A DNA stretch of 64,000 nucleotides from an uncultured delta proteobacterium (GTDB lineage: Bacteria; Desulfobacterota; RBG-13-43-22). A program made the translations under genes and the position numbers. Positions 29,215 to 39,999 of the stretch are shown here, piece after piece; position 1 is the stretch's first letter, and each line of letters opens with the position of its first letter. The notes under the pieces were generated by a model. The model was not told where the DNA came from. It did not search any database and saw only the letters and a program-made list of their open reading frames with translations. The stretch is from positions 384,001 to 448,000 of the forward strand of contig CAWBOS010000006.1 of the NCBI GenBank assembly GCA_963790475.1, in the 5' to 3' direction.

Positions 29215-30522
29215 TTAATTCATGGCCTCAACGATGGTGCTGATGCCTTCACCGGCCCCGATACACTGGGTGGCCAGACCGTAACGTTTTCCGCTGCGTC
29301 GTAATTCCTTGGCCACGGTCATGACCAGCCGCGCGCCGGTTGCTCCCAGGGGGTGACCGATCCCCAGAGACCCGCCGTTTACATTGATCTTCTCTTCCGG
29401 AATACCGAGGTCTTTAAGGGAGGCAATAACCTGGCAGGCAAAGGCCTCGTTGAATTCCACCCGGTCGATCTGATCAGCCGCGATCCCGGCATGCTTCATC
29501 GCTTTAAATGTAGCCGGAATTGGGCCTATCCCCATAAGCTGGCCTTTAACGCCGCCTACACCGATCCCGACAATGCGGGCCAGGGGGGTGAGACCCAATT
29601 TTATGGCCATATCCTCGGCCATGATCAGCACCGCTGAGGCCCCGCTGTTGGTCGGGCAGGAATTGCCGGCCGTAATCTGTACCGGTTTATTACAGAAACT
29701 GATAACCCCTTTTACCGGATTCATCTTTCCCAGGTCCTCCATATTACAAGCCGGCCGGATACACTCATCACGGTCAAAAAGGACCATCTCGCCCTTTTCC
29801 TCGGGGACCCACTCTTTCTTCTCGTTGAAAACCGGTTTCTCCACTTCCATGGGGATCACTTCGTCTTTGTAAATCCCCGCGGCATAGGCCGCCGTCAGTT
29901 TTTTATGACTTCTGACGGTAAAGGCATCCAGTTCTTCCCGGGAGATGTTGTACATGTCCACGACATTCTGAGCGGTTTGGACCATGGGCTGCAAGGGGGG
30001 TGAGTCAAGGATCTCATCCGGAACCGGCACGGAAAAGTAGTTGAAATGATCCTCGGCCATGTCCCGCTGGAGTTTGGATTTCACGAAAATATTGGGGTTC
30101 ATTGAGGTCACACGGGTCGGCGGAGGTCCTTCGGGCCTGCCCCCACCAATGGTCCGTCCCATCCGTTCCACCCCCAGGGAGATACCGCAGTCCGTGGCCC
30201 CGACCATGATGGCCATGGCAATGCGCTGCATGGTCTCCATGGAAGAGCCGCACTGGCGATTACTGTGAAAGTTGGTGGTTTCTGCCGGCAATCCGGCCAG
30301 CCGGGAAATACCGCCCAGAATAACCAGATCGGGCGTCCCTCCGGCGTTTCCGATGCCGAAATCTTCGATCATGGTCGGTTTTACCTTGGGGTTTCTTTCC
30401 ATCAAGGTGCGGACGACCTTGGCCGCCACTTCATCCAGACGGGTGGCCTCAAACATGCCTCGGCCCCCCCAGGAAAATGGAGATCGTACGCCATCTACGA
30501 TAACTGCGTTTCTAAATTTCAT
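29215..30522 (-). CDS. Thiolase (acetyl-CoA C-acyltransferase)
   Basis: NRQCGSS, NEAFA, GHPLGATG, QCIGAG catalytic motifs. Confidence 0.95.
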   Translation of the reverse strand: MKFRNAVIVDGVRSPFSWGGRGMFEATRLDEVAAKVVRTLMERNPKVKPTMIEDFGIGNAGGTPDLVILGGISRLAGLPAETTNFHSNRQCGSSMETMQRIAMAIMVGATDCGISLGVERMGRTIGGGRPEGPPPTRVTSMNPNIFVKSKLQRDMAEDHFNYFSVPVPDEILDSPPLQPMVQTAQNVVDMYNISREELDAFTVRSHKKLTAAYAAGIYKDEVIPMEVEKPVFNEKKEWVPEEKGEMVLFDRDECIRPACNMEDLGKMNPVKGVISFCNKPVQITAGNSCPTNSGASAVLIMAEDMAIKLGLTPLARIVGIGVGGVKGQLMGIGPIPATFKAMKHAGIAADQIDRVEFNEAFACQVIASLKDLGIPEEKINVNGGSLGIGHPLGATGARLVMTVAKELRRSGKRYGLATQCIGAGEGISTIVEAMN

Positions 30523-30593
30523 AAAACTTTTCCTTTCTAATTCATGATATTAAGCTTTGTTTCTAATGGAATCCCATAAACGTTCATCTTATT

Positions 30594-30623
30594 TTTATAA
30601 TCAATTCAAGGGGTAGGTGTCAA
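30594..30623 (-). promoter_or_regulatory. sigma70-type promoter of thiolase
   Basis: Minus strand TTGACA - 18 bp - TATAAA. Confidence 0.55.
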
Positions 30624-30685
30624 GAATAAAAGATAAGTTTAACCGATGATTAAAATATGGGTAGGGAACTTTAAGTTGCACCCGG

Positions 30686-31282
30686 TTAAAAGGTGATCAC
30701 TTTGTCGGCCACTTGCAGGCTGGTGACGATGTCGAGCATGTTAGTGGTCTCACCGCATTGTTTCTTATCCAGAAGGCCGAAATGGTTCAGACAGGTCCCG
30801 CAGACCAGAATCGATATTCCCGCCTTTTCCAGCTCTTGCAGGACAGGGAGGGTATCGGTCCCTTCTATGGTCAGTTTCACTCCGGAATTGACAAAAACCA
30901 GACGCCACAAGGCGGTTCCCATTTCTTTCAGAGTCCGGAGGAAATTTAACATAAGCAAAGTCCCCAACTGATCATCCCCCCGACCCATGGCCGCTTGGGT
31001 TATCATAATCAGGGTTTTTTGCGTCCTATCCTCTGAACCTTCTAATTCTATTTCACAGCTTCCGGGCCCCTGTCGATGCCCTTGAACCTGGAAATCAGGA
31101 TCAGCCCCATGGATGGAGGCTTTAAAACCATGGGTCCCAAGAAACCGCTCGACATTCCGGGCAGCAGCCAGGTTGTCCACCAAGACCATTACCTCCCTAT
31201 TGTCCGGATGAGCCGCAAGGAAGTCCCTGGTTTCCACCACCGGCTGGGGGCAGGTCAGGCCTTTACAATCTAATAGTTCCAT
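30686..31282 (-). CDS. yedF: Sulfurtransferase-like selenium metabolism protein YedF (TusA + DsrE domains)
   Basis: LDCKGLTCPQPVV; MGRGDDQLG; NSGVKL; CGTCLNHF; TNMLDIV. Confidence 0.9.
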   Translation of the reverse strand: MELLDCKGLTCPQPVVETRDFLAAHPDNREVMVLVDNLAAARNVERFLGTHGFKASIHGADPDFQVQGHRQGPGSCEIELEGSEDRTQKTLIMITQAAMGRGDDQLGTLLMLNFLRTLKEMGTALWRLVFVNSGVKLTIEGTDTLPVLQELEKAGISILVCGTCLNHFGLLDKKQCGETTNMLDIVTSLQVADKVITF

Positions 31283-31438
31283 TATAGTCACACTCCAGGA
31301 AAATTAATTTTAATGGATTTGCGAAAAGTCTCCTATAGGGAAAGTTACCTGAGCTTCAATGATATAATTATTGAAAAGTTGAGCGGAGGATGTCAAATAG
31401 GAAATATCTGGGCAATCTGAGAGTTAGATAGGTTCTCT

Positions 31439-33169
31439 CTATGTTTTGCGGATTTCTTCCTCTTCCCGGTTTTCCGCATCGGTTTCGTCATCCGGGGAGT
31501 CCGGTGGTTGTTCATTTTGCTGCGGCTGTTCCTTCGGGGTTCGGAAGCCTTTGGACAATTCATCAAAAATAATCAGATCGATATCACGGACCATTTCGCT
31601 GAGATGCTGGAAGCTGTTTAACAGTTCCAGATGAAGATTGCTGCTCTCCTCGCTTTCCTTAATCCCTTCGGTAAGGCGGTGAATATGGTTTTGCCTGAAT
31701 TCCAGGACCAAAGCCACATTGCGGGGGTGACAGGTGACGGCCTCTTCGGCCAGACGGGGATTGTTCTGGACCAGGGCCTTATGGGTCATCCGCATACCCC
31801 GCATCAGGGATTCGACCAGGGTCATCAATTCTTCCTTGCCCAACAAGGAAAAATGAACCCCCCGGTTAAGCTTGGTCTCAATTCGATACCTGATGTCCCG
31901 TTCAATGATATCGTTGATCTTTTCCAGGCTGTCGAGGAGGCGGATCAGTCCCATGGCATACCCCTGTTCGTCCTGGTTAAGGGACTGACGAAGGACCCGG
32001 GTCAGATAATCCACAGCGGTCCGGCATAAGGTGTCCATGACTTTTTCTTTATAGATTATCCGCTCCAGATAGTCGGGATTGCCCGTTTCCAAGGCCCTTT
32101 TGATATACCAGATCATCCGCAGTGTCCCGGCTGAAATGCGTATGGTTTCTTTTTGAGCCAGTCCGATAGCCACCGAGGGCATGGTAATGACCTCTTCCCG
32201 GAGAAACTTGGGTTCCTGTTCAGGAATCCTTTTTTCGGGCAAGAGCCATTCTATAAACCGAGCCCCCGGTTTAATAAAAGGGAGAAGGACTGCCGCCATT
32301 CCCAAATTAAAAAGGGTATGGGCATTGGCCACCTGAAAAGTCACCGAATGGGTCAACGTGGCCAGGAAAGAACCGAACCAGGGGACAAAAGGGAATAACA
32401 AAATCGTACCGCCGAGTTTGGATAATAAGTGGGCCAGGGCCACCCGTTGGGCTTCCCGGCGGGACCCGATGCTGGCCAGTAAGGCGGTAAAAGAGGTCCC
32501 GACATTGCTTCCCAGAAGGAGATAAATAGCGGCATTCAGGTTAATCAGACCGTAGCCGGCCAGGACCATAATGATCCCCATGACCGCCGCACTGCTATGG
32601 ATCAGAAAGGTGACCGCCGCCGATACTGCAATCGCCAGCAAGGGCGATCGGCTGACAAATAACAAGGCTTCGGTGAAGGCCGGAGAATCCTGAAGAGGCT
32701 TCAGGGAATCACCGATTATTTTAAGACCCAGGAATAAAAAACCGAATCCCACCAGGGCCTGACCAAAACGGTGATGGCGGTCCTTTTTGGCAAAAAAGGC
32801 GATCGGGGCCCCAATGCCCACAATCAAGAGAGAGAGCTCGGTAAATTTGAGGGCAATCAACTGGGCCGTGACGGTTGTCCCGATATCGGCGCCCAGGATA
32901 ACCGGCATGGTTTGCTTGAGGGTAATCACCGCGGCATTGGTCAGCCCCACCAGGATAACCGTTGTGGCGGTGCTGCTTTGGAAAAGGATGGTGATCAGAA
33001 TCCCGGCCAGGACCCCGAGGACCGGCTTTTTGGTGATGGATTCCAAAAGAGTTCGAAGCTGGCGGCCCAGGATTTTTTGCAGGCCGTCGCCCATGACCCG
33101 GATCCCGTAAAGCAGGATGCCGATGCCGCCAAAGAATCCAAAAAAAACATATAGCCAGTTGGTTTTCAC
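31439..33169 (-). CDS. Na+/Pi cotransporter family protein with PhoU-like C-terminus
   Basis: QSSTATTV, LGADIGTT, HSSAA, LGSNVGT, ANAHTLFN. Confidence 0.93.
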   Translation of the reverse strand: MKTNWLYVFFGFFGGIGILLYGIRVMGDGLQKILGRQLRTLLESITKKPVLGVLAGILITILFQSSTATTVILVGLTNAAVITLKQTMPVILGADIGTTVTAQLIALKFTELSLLIVGIGAPIAFFAKKDRHHRFGQALVGFGFLFLGLKIIGDSLKPLQDSPAFTEALLFVSRSPLLAIAVSAAVTFLIHSSAAVMGIIMVLAGYGLINLNAAIYLLLGSNVGTSFTALLASIGSRREAQRVALAHLLSKLGGTILLFPFVPWFGSFLATLTHSVTFQVANAHTLFNLGMAAVLLPFIKPGARFIEWLLPEKRIPEQEPKFLREEVITMPSVAIGLAQKETIRISAGTLRMIWYIKRALETGNPDYLERIIYKEKVMDTLCRTAVDYLTRVLRQSLNQDEQGYAMGLIRLLDSLEKINDIIERDIRYRIETKLNRGVHFSLLGKEELMTLVESLMRGMRMTHKALVQNNPRLAEEAVTCHPRNVALVLEFRQNHIHRLTEGIKESEESSNLHLELLNSFQHLSEMVRDIDLIIFDELSKGFRTPKEQPQQNEQPPDSPDDETDAENREEEEIRKT

Positions 33170-33180
33170 AATGGTTCAAT

Positions 33181-33360
33181 TATAATGATAAGTAAAAAAA
33201 ACAATCGACTTTGGGTTAATACCTTTCGGCTTTCGCTTCCCAATAAAGCCCTTTTAACCGACTTGCCCACGGCGGCCTATAGCAATAAAATCGCGTTGTC
33301 TCTTTCTGCATTTTTAATTATTTCTTCAGCCGGTTCTACGGGGATTGACACGGTTTCCCA
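33181..33360 (-). pseudogene. Universal stress protein (USP) remnant
   Basis: Minus strand PAEEIIKNAERDN / DFIAIGRRG / VKRALLGSESRKVLTQS split across two frames with stops. Confidence 0.7.
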
Positions 33361-33558
33361 TTTTTTTACAGACCCTTTTTATCGAGATTATATTAATCCT
33401 ATGGTCCTCCTTAAGATTTGCTTTATTTCCATGGTTTTTATTATGAAATGTATCATATCGACGGGATCGATACAAGCCATCCAGATTAAAATTTCCCTTT
33501 CTATTAATGTTTATTACCCTTTATAATACCTTCCGAATTTATCCAAAAAAGACCGGAG

Positions 33559-34232
33559 TTGCCAATGAGACCCTGTCGATTATGCCATAATCCCGCACAA
33601 CTTGTTTTTGGGGATGTCCGACCCTTTTTTGTCTGCAATGTTTGTGGGCTAATTTTTACTGATTGCTGTATTTCTATTGAAGCGGTTGAAAAGCATTATA
33701 AGGATCAGCATAGCAATACCTTTGATTGGATGAAAGAAGCGAATAGTTTTTCGGAGTGGATTAAAAATATGGGGCTTGCCGGTCCTCTTTCGTCTTTATC
33801 GATTTTGGATTATGGTTCCGGAAGCGGGATGTTAACCGAGGCTTTAAGAAAAATCGGATTTAAGGTGGATTGTTATGAACCTATGCTTCACGGAGAATTC
33901 AACCGGGAAAGTTATTCCGAGGCCTATGATGTCATTATTCTGAATGAAGTGGTCGAACACCTGGAAGATATCAACAAAACCCTCGATATTGTCTATAGCG
34001 TTATGGGGTTAACGGGGTTGTTTTTATTAAAACCCTTTTAACGGATCAGATCATCAATGATCCGGAAAATTTCATGGAGTCGTTTAAAAACTGGTGGTAT
34101 AAAGATGACCCCACCCATATCTCTTTTTTCAGTTTTTTGACCTTCGACTACATCTGCAATAATCGGGGCCGGAATCTGGCGGTCAAAGCGATTTCTTCTA
34201 CCGATAATTGTGTGGTGTTACAAAAAATGTAG
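33559..34232 (+). pseudogene. Class I SAM-dependent methyltransferase with N-terminal Zn-finger, frameshifted near 34005
   Basis: CRLC/CNVC, LDYGSGSG, EVVEHL; continuation WWYKDDPTHISFFS in the -1 frame ends TAG 34230-34232. Confidence 0.82.
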
Positions 34233-34305
34233 TGGGCTTGAATCCTGTTGGGGTTAATCGGTAATCGTTATTGGGTCGGTGAAAGATTTAACCCATGGGT
34301 AAACA

Positions 34306-34827
34306 TCAGGGCCAGAGGAGGACGGCGCTGATACAGCCTCCTTGTTCGTGAAATACTTTTCCCCCTAAGGTCAAGGTTATTCCCACCTCGGAGCAGTATT
34401 GGAGTTTCCCGGTCCGTTCCCGGGCTAATTGTTTACCCCAAGAATATCCACCCGCCGTATAATAGTCCTCGGTCCCGGGATCGGTCTGTACTGAAAAGCC
34501 TGAGAAACGCCAGGGCATTTTAAAGTGGATGGCTACCGGTCGTTTGGTGACGGAGTTGATGAATTCGACTCGTCCCTTTTGCCAGGCCCAGAGCCAGAGG
34601 GTGCCGGAGCCGTGGTCCCCGTCGATCCTAACCGGCCGGATAAATCCCAGCAGGAAAAGAAGCGCCGCCAGAGCGATCGCAATAGAAAAATACAGGCGAT
34701 AGGCACGAGGCACGAGGCGAAAGGCAATTCCATTTTCATCTTTCGTAGTGATCACATCCCCAACCCGACCCTCCCCCCTCTGAAGGGGAGAGTGAGGGTG
34801 GGGGGTCTGCAGGCCGGCCAAGATCAC
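34306..34827 (-). CDS. Small membrane-anchored accessory protein of TAXI-TRAP operon (DUF1850-like)
   Basis: GTGA overlap with TAXI gene; one TM segment; VEFINSVTKRPV; family by context only. Confidence 0.6.
   Translation of the reverse strand: MILAGLQTPHPHSPLQRGEGRVGDVITTKDENGIAFRLVPRAYRLYFSIAIALAALLFLLGFIRPVRIDGDHGSGTLWLWAWQKGRVEFINSVTKRPVAIHFKMPWRFSGFSVQTDPGTEDYYTAGGYSWGKQLARERTGKLQYCSEVGITLTLGGKVFHEQGGCISAVLLWP
34694..34805. repeat. AGGCRMN 7-mer array plus REP-like palindrome
   Basis: AGGCGAT AGGCACG AGGCACG AGGCGAA AGGCAAT (34694-34728); CCCCAACCCGACCCTCCCCCCTCTGAAGGGGAGAGTGAGGGTGGGGGG (34758-34805). Confidence 0.7.
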
Positions 34828-35825
34828 TTCAAGACGCCTTTTTCCTTATAATAGCGCAATGAGCCCGGGTCGTAGGGAATGGTCCCATGAACGAATTTTA
34901 CGGCGTTTGTCAAGGTGTTGTCCTGGGCCGCCTTGACCGCTTTTTGCAGTTGGGGCAGGTTTTCAAAAAGGGCCTTGGTAATGGCGTAAGAATATTTTTC
35001 GGGTAAACTTTTCGGCCCCATGAAGAGGTTCCAAAAAGCCAGGGTATGGTTGTCCTTTTCGGTTCCGTAAACCTCCTTGGGTATCACCCCCGCTTCCATG
35101 ACGCCGGGGAATTTTTGGAGCATTTTTTTAACCAAGTCTCCCTTGGGATCCAGGTCCACCAATTCGATTTTGCTTCCCTTGCGGGACAAGGTGGTGGCCA
35201 GTTCGGTCACTGAACTGGTTGGGAGACCCCCGGACCAGAAATAGGCATCCAGTGTGCCCTGGGACAAAGATTCCGCTGATTCGGAAGCCCCCAAGCGTTC
35301 TTGTTTGGCCAAATCAGAGGTCTTAAGACCGGCTGCCTCCAGGACCATGAAGGCCTCGATTTCGGTTCCCGACCCGGGGGCCCCGGTGGAAACCTTTTTT
35401 CCTTTAAGGTCGGCCACGGTCTTGATGCCTGCCCCATGTGCGGCGATGATATGAAGGATGTTGGGATACATGGCCCACATGACCCGGACCTCCTTGGCCG
35501 GTTTATCCTTGAACCGGTCAATCTTTCCGGTGTAGGCTAAGTAGGCCGAATCCGGAAGGACCAATCCCAAGTAGTAGGTGTTTTTGCTCGGATCGGTGCG
35601 ACGTTGAATCAGGAGCAAGTTGTCCACTGAAGCTGCGGTCTGGATGGCGGTCGCCTCCACTCCGGCGTGTTTCGATAGGATTTCAGCGACGGTCGTGCCG
35701 TAGTAATAATACACTCCCCCGATTCCTCCGGTGGTAATCATGATTTTGGGTTTTTCCTCAGCAAAAGCGGACAGTCCGACCAATCCCAAGGTGACGGCTA
35801 AAATAATTCCAACGATTTTTTTCAT
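34824..35825 (-). CDS. TAXI family TRAP transporter solute-binding protein
   Basis: Signal peptide; TGGIGGVYY, TAASVDN, DLKGKKVSTGAPGSGTE, RYYKEKG. Confidence 0.93.
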   Translation of the reverse strand: MKKIVGIILAVTLGLVGLSAFAEEKPKIMITTGGIGGVYYYYGTTVAEILSKHAGVEATAIQTAASVDNLLLIQRRTDPSKNTYYLGLVLPDSAYLAYTGKIDRFKDKPAKEVRVMWAMYPNILHIIAAHGAGIKTVADLKGKKVSTGAPGSGTEIEAFMVLEAAGLKTSDLAKQERLGASESAESLSQGTLDAYFWSGGLPTSSVTELATTLSRKGSKIELVDLDPKGDLVKKMLQKFPGVMEAGVIPKEVYGTEKDNHTLAFWNLFMGPKSLPEKYSYAITKALFENLPQLQKAVKAAQDNTLTNAVKFVHGTIPYDPGSLRYYKEKGVLK

Positions 35826-35904
35826 CAAGCCCTCCTTATGCAATTTTTTTTGAATTTACCTATCTGCCCTGTTTTTTATGCAAGGTTTAGGTTTAATAAT
35901 CCCT

Positions 35905-38016
35905 TTAAGCAAGACTCTCCCCCTTGGATTTTTTATTAAAGAAGCCGAAGAAAATCAAGGCCAAGGCCGGGAGAATCACTATATTGACCCAGAGAAAGGG
36001 TAAGAACATGCCGACGGAAAGGATCCCCAGGGCCCAGGCCTCCCATCGGCGCAAGGTCCTCCGGGAATAGCCCACGTTGGCCGAGGCCATAGCAATGGCG
36101 CCGAGCAGCACTGCCGCCAGGCGAATAATAAAATTGGTAATCGCCTCAATTCCTGAACCGGTACGCCACATGGGGATCAGGAGAAGGGCCGTACCCTGAT
36201 AGGCCAGGATAAAAGAAAAACCAAGTAAATATTTGGGCAGGGCCACCCTGGCCGCGTAAACCCCGGTTTTTAACGGATCGGTCAAAAAGACCGAGGCCGA
36301 GGCGTAGGCCGAAAGGGCTACGGGAGGTGTGACGTCGGCCAGGATAGAATAGTACATGAGGAACATGTGGGTGGACAGCAGGGCCGCTTCGGCCGGGATG
36401 CCGTTGGCCATGGCCACCTTGAGGATGGCCGGGGCAGTCAGGGACGAGGAGACCACGTAAGTGGCCGTTGGCGGTATGCCCATGCCCAACAGCAGACTGA
36501 ATCCGGCGGCAAATAAAGTGGCCACCAGCAGGCTCTCTCCGGAAATCATGGTCAGGAGTTCGGAGAATTTATTCGGTAAACCAGTCATGACCATCAAGGT
36601 CAGGATCAGGTTGGCGCAGACCACGGCCGTGCCGATGGGGATCAGGGAGGAGAAGCCATTGGCCAGCCCTTTGAGCAGGACCCGGGGACTCTTGGGCCGG
36701 ATCGTAGGGTCCAGGTAACATAATATGACAAAAAGGAACAAGGCGCAAACCACGGCCAGACTGACCGAATAGCCCCAATAGATAAAGGCCACAATCAAAA
36801 GAATGGGTAGAAAAATATAACAATAGCGGCGGAAATATTTTCCTCCGTAATGCTCCCCGTCTTCTACGGGTTTAAGCCCTTTCTTTTTGACATAAAAATA
36901 GTTGTAGGCCAGGATGGCCACGGCATAAAGGACCATCGGCCCCAGGGCCATAATACAGATCCAGAAATAGGGGATGGACAGGATTTCCACCATGACAAAG
37001 GCCATGGAGCCCAGCACAGGCGGGGTGATCATGGCAATGGTGCCCGCGGTAGCGGATATGCCGGCGGCGGTATAGCGGTCATAGCCGGCCTTTTCATACA
37101 TGGGTTTGCTGATGGTGGAGACAAACTGGGTATCTGCCGCGCCGGAGCCGCTGAACATGCCCATAAAGACTGAGGCGATGGTGGTGACAATGCCCGGCCC
37201 ATCGGCTCTTCCGCCCGAAGCCAGGGAGGCGATGTTGGCAATGATGCGTCCCAAATTCAAAGAGCCGATGATACCCCCCAGGATGGTGAAGTAGACCAGG
37301 TATTTCATGGACACGCCGGTGATCATGCCGAAGAGACCGGCCTCGGTCTCGCTGAAAAGTTTTCCCAGCAACAGGTCAAAGTCGAAAGAGGCGTGGGCCA
37401 TAACACCGGTGAGCAGGTCGCCATGGAGATCATAAAGAAGAAAGGTGAGCACCAGACAGGGCATGATGGCCCCTGTATATCGGTAAACCTGACCAAGAAG
37501 CAGGAAGGTCAGGCCGAAACCCATAACCAGGTCCCAGGGTTCCGGCAGCATGGCCCGCTCGATAATGACATTAAAAAAGATAACCTGATAGAGGTATGGA
37601 GCCAATACCAACATAGCCCCCAGTTTGTCCACCCAGCGGCCAGAGGGGGGATAAACCGCTGGCAGGATGGCCGTCAGCCAGAAAACCGTAGCAATTATAT
37701 TGCATTTCGGGTCCAAGCCGATCCGCCAGAAGGCATACAGCGGAAAGGCGGCCATAATGGCGAAGACAAAGGCCCCGGCCCCGGCCCGCCTACGGTCCCG
37801 AAGTGAGGAAAGAAGGTACCCGGTCAGGAGAAGGAAAAAAACGTGGGTCGCGCGCTGCACCTGGGTGATGTCCAGGAAAGAGATGGATAATTTGGAAAGC
37901 GGTGTGTAAGGATGAATCACTAAATAAAGACTGTACAGACTGGCGATGATCAGGAGAGGTGTGATGAGAAGGTGATTAAGTCCGCTTTCTTGGGTAGCTT
38001 GAGGTTCATCTTGCAT
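35905..38016 (-). CDS. TRAP transporter fused 4TM/12TM permease
   Basis: GMFSGSGAAD, ITPPVLGSMAF, LGMGIPPTATY, LADVTPPVAL. Confidence 0.93.
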   Translation of the reverse strand: MQDEPQATQESGLNHLLITPLLIIASLYSLYLVIHPYTPLSKLSISFLDITQVQRATHVFFLLLTGYLLSSLRDRRRAGAGAFVFAIMAAFPLYAFWRIGLDPKCNIIATVFWLTAILPAVYPPSGRWVDKLGAMLVLAPYLYQVIFFNVIIERAMLPEPWDLVMGFGLTFLLLGQVYRYTGAIMPCLVLTFLLYDLHGDLLTGVMAHASFDFDLLLGKLFSETEAGLFGMITGVSMKYLVYFTILGGIIGSLNLGRIIANIASLASGGRADGPGIVTTIASVFMGMFSGSGAADTQFVSTISKPMYEKAGYDRYTAAGISATAGTIAMITPPVLGSMAFVMVEILSIPYFWICIMALGPMVLYAVAILAYNYFYVKKKGLKPVEDGEHYGGKYFRRYCYIFLPILLIVAFIYWGYSVSLAVVCALFLFVILCYLDPTIRPKSPRVLLKGLANGFSSLIPIGTAVVCANLILTLMVMTGLPNKFSELLTMISGESLLVATLFAAGFSLLLGMGIPPTATYVVSSSLTAPAILKVAMANGIPAEAALLSTHMFLMYYSILADVTPPVALSAYASASVFLTDPLKTGVYAARVALPKYLLGFSFILAYQGTALLLIPMWRTGSGIEAITNFIIRLAAVLLGAIAMASANVGYSRRTLRRWEAWALGILSVGMFLPFLWVNIVILPALALIFFGFFNKKSKGESLA

Positions 38017-38645
38017 ATTCGCTGTTATCCTTTCCTCTGAGAAGGAAATTCCACGAATGCAGTGGCCCTTTAATATCGCGCCAAGGGCGTCCGGCAAAAA
38101 AAAGCTTTATAACCTTTTTGATCGGCTGGCGGCTATAGTAACCTTTCCCAAAGGCTTCGTCAAAAGGAAAATCGGGAACCCATAAATTATGCAGGAGACC
38201 GTCCTCCTCACTCTTTTGCCGTAGGGGGAGAGTGTCTTGGCAATGCCCGTGAAGGAGCTGACAAAGATTCCTCTGCCCTAACCCTGATTCAACCTCGGAT
38301 CAGGGTTCCCTTCCCAATATTCGAAGAAGATTGCCTCAAAAGTTAATGATTTTTGGTTGAAATGTGGATAAAAAAAGAACAGAATGGGTATTAAATCAGC
38401 CGAGCGCAATTCCGGCGAGAAAGGTCATCTGTTCTTGGTGAAAAACACTATTCAAATGTTGACAATCTATTCCGGGACGAAATGTCTGCCCATGATTTTC
38501 GAAGGTAAAAACCGGAGCTAAAAAAGAAGGTAACTGATAATTAAATATACTACCCCCCAAAATTAAACCAAATTATTTATCTATCGAGGTGTTCTGCAAG
38601 TAGAATGGACCATTAATTTTTCCAACATAATAGGATCTAAAAAAA

Positions 38646-39839
38646 ATGATGGGTCACGATTCTCGTTTTCAGAATAACAATATATATAACGGCACCAGAG
38701 TTGCAAAGGACCATCCGGCTATAATAAAATTGGCACAGCTATTCAGTTCTATCAAGATAATGGGGCCGCCAATGAGTGATAAGTTGGTTGACCTTATTTC
38801 GCATCTTTTTAGTCCTGAAGAAGCTGAGATATGTAAAGGTTTGACTTTTTTGTATCCACGATCAGCCGGAACAATATCTCGAATATGTAAACGTGACATA
38901 GGTGAGGTATTGCCCATTCTCAAATCTATGGCCCAGCGCCGGGTTATACATGAATATCAGGACAAATTTATATTATTTCCACTTATTCCGGGAATATTTG
39001 AATATATCTTCATGACTGGCAGAAACAGTCCTTGGCATAAAAAATACGTAGAGCTTAATAATGATTTATTTGGCACGGGATATATTGGCAAATATCTAAC
39101 CCGGGAGATTAACGCCATACGCAACATACCAATTCAGCGGGTAGTAGAGCATAAAACCCATAGGGTGGACGCTGACCTTATCTCCAACATGCTGGATGCC
39201 CATAACAACTTCGCGGTCTTAAACTATTGTCCCTGTCGACATTCAAAAAAACTAATTGGTCATAATTGTAAACGCGCGACTCCGGAGGAGGGCTGTCTCC
39301 TGTTCGGGGATTATTCAAAAGATAGCGTTTCTAATGGCGATGCTCATGCGGTTAGTAAATCTGCCATGAGCGATATCGTCGCGGAACGCTGGGGAAAAAA
39401 ATTAATTTTTTTCACGGCCAATGTTGATCCAAGATTACAAAACGCTATATGCACCTGTTGTGAATGTTGCTGTCATGGTCTGGAAACGGCTAATCATTAC
39501 AGCAATAACTTTCTGGCGGCCCCACATTACATTGCACAAGTGGATGACGGGTTATGTAGTAATTGCGGGAAATGCGTATTTGTTTGTAATACCTATGCCC
39601 ATGTCATGGCGAATAAGAAGCATAATTATTTGACGGAAAAATGTGTTGGTTGTGGGCATTGCCTTGAGGCTTGTAAAAAAAACGCGATCCGATTGGTTGA
39701 AAATCCTTTGTTTAAGAAACCTACCGATAGATATTCCAAGCTTTTATTAAAAATGATGCCGTCCATTATCATGATGGGGCTGGGAATTAAAATGACAAGA
39801 TATTTTAATAGCGGCAACACAAGGAAAGTGAACAGATAA
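38646..39839 (+). CDS. 4Fe-4S binding protein
   Basis: CPCR, ICTCCECCC, CSNCGKC...C, CVGCGHC...C motifs. Confidence 0.85.
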   Translation: MMGHDSRFQNNNIYNGTRVAKDHPAIIKLAQLFSSIKIMGPPMSDKLVDLISHLFSPEEAEICKGLTFLYPRSAGTISRICKRDIGEVLPILKSMAQRRVIHEYQDKFILFPLIPGIFEYIFMTGRNSPWHKKYVELNNDLFGTGYIGKYLTREINAIRNIPIQRVVEHKTHRVDADLISNMLDAHNNFAVLNYCPCRHSKKLIGHNCKRATPEEGCLLFGDYSKDSVSNGDAHAVSKSAMSDIVAERWGKKLIFFTANVDPRLQNAICTCCECCCHGLETANHYSNNFLAAPHYIAQVDDGLCSNCGKCVFVCNTYAHVMANKKHNYLTEKCVGCGHCLEACKKNAIRLVENPLFKKPTDRYSKLLLKMMPSIIMMGLGIKMTRYFNSGNTRKVNR

Positions 39840-39999
39840 AGGGAGAATATTTCCAAAGATTCGTGAGAATGCGGGTATCCCGATTTTCTTTTTGAGGAAG
39901 TCCCCGGTTTTATTTCACCTTGCCCGAATGGCCAGGAAAAAACGAACCGGGCCGGAACGCAAACCCGCTGTCCCAACCCGATTTTTTACTGAATTAGCT

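Noticed and set aside
33185-33526. 113-aa plus-strand ORF
   Set aside because: Antisense shadow of the USP remnant; no RBS or motifs
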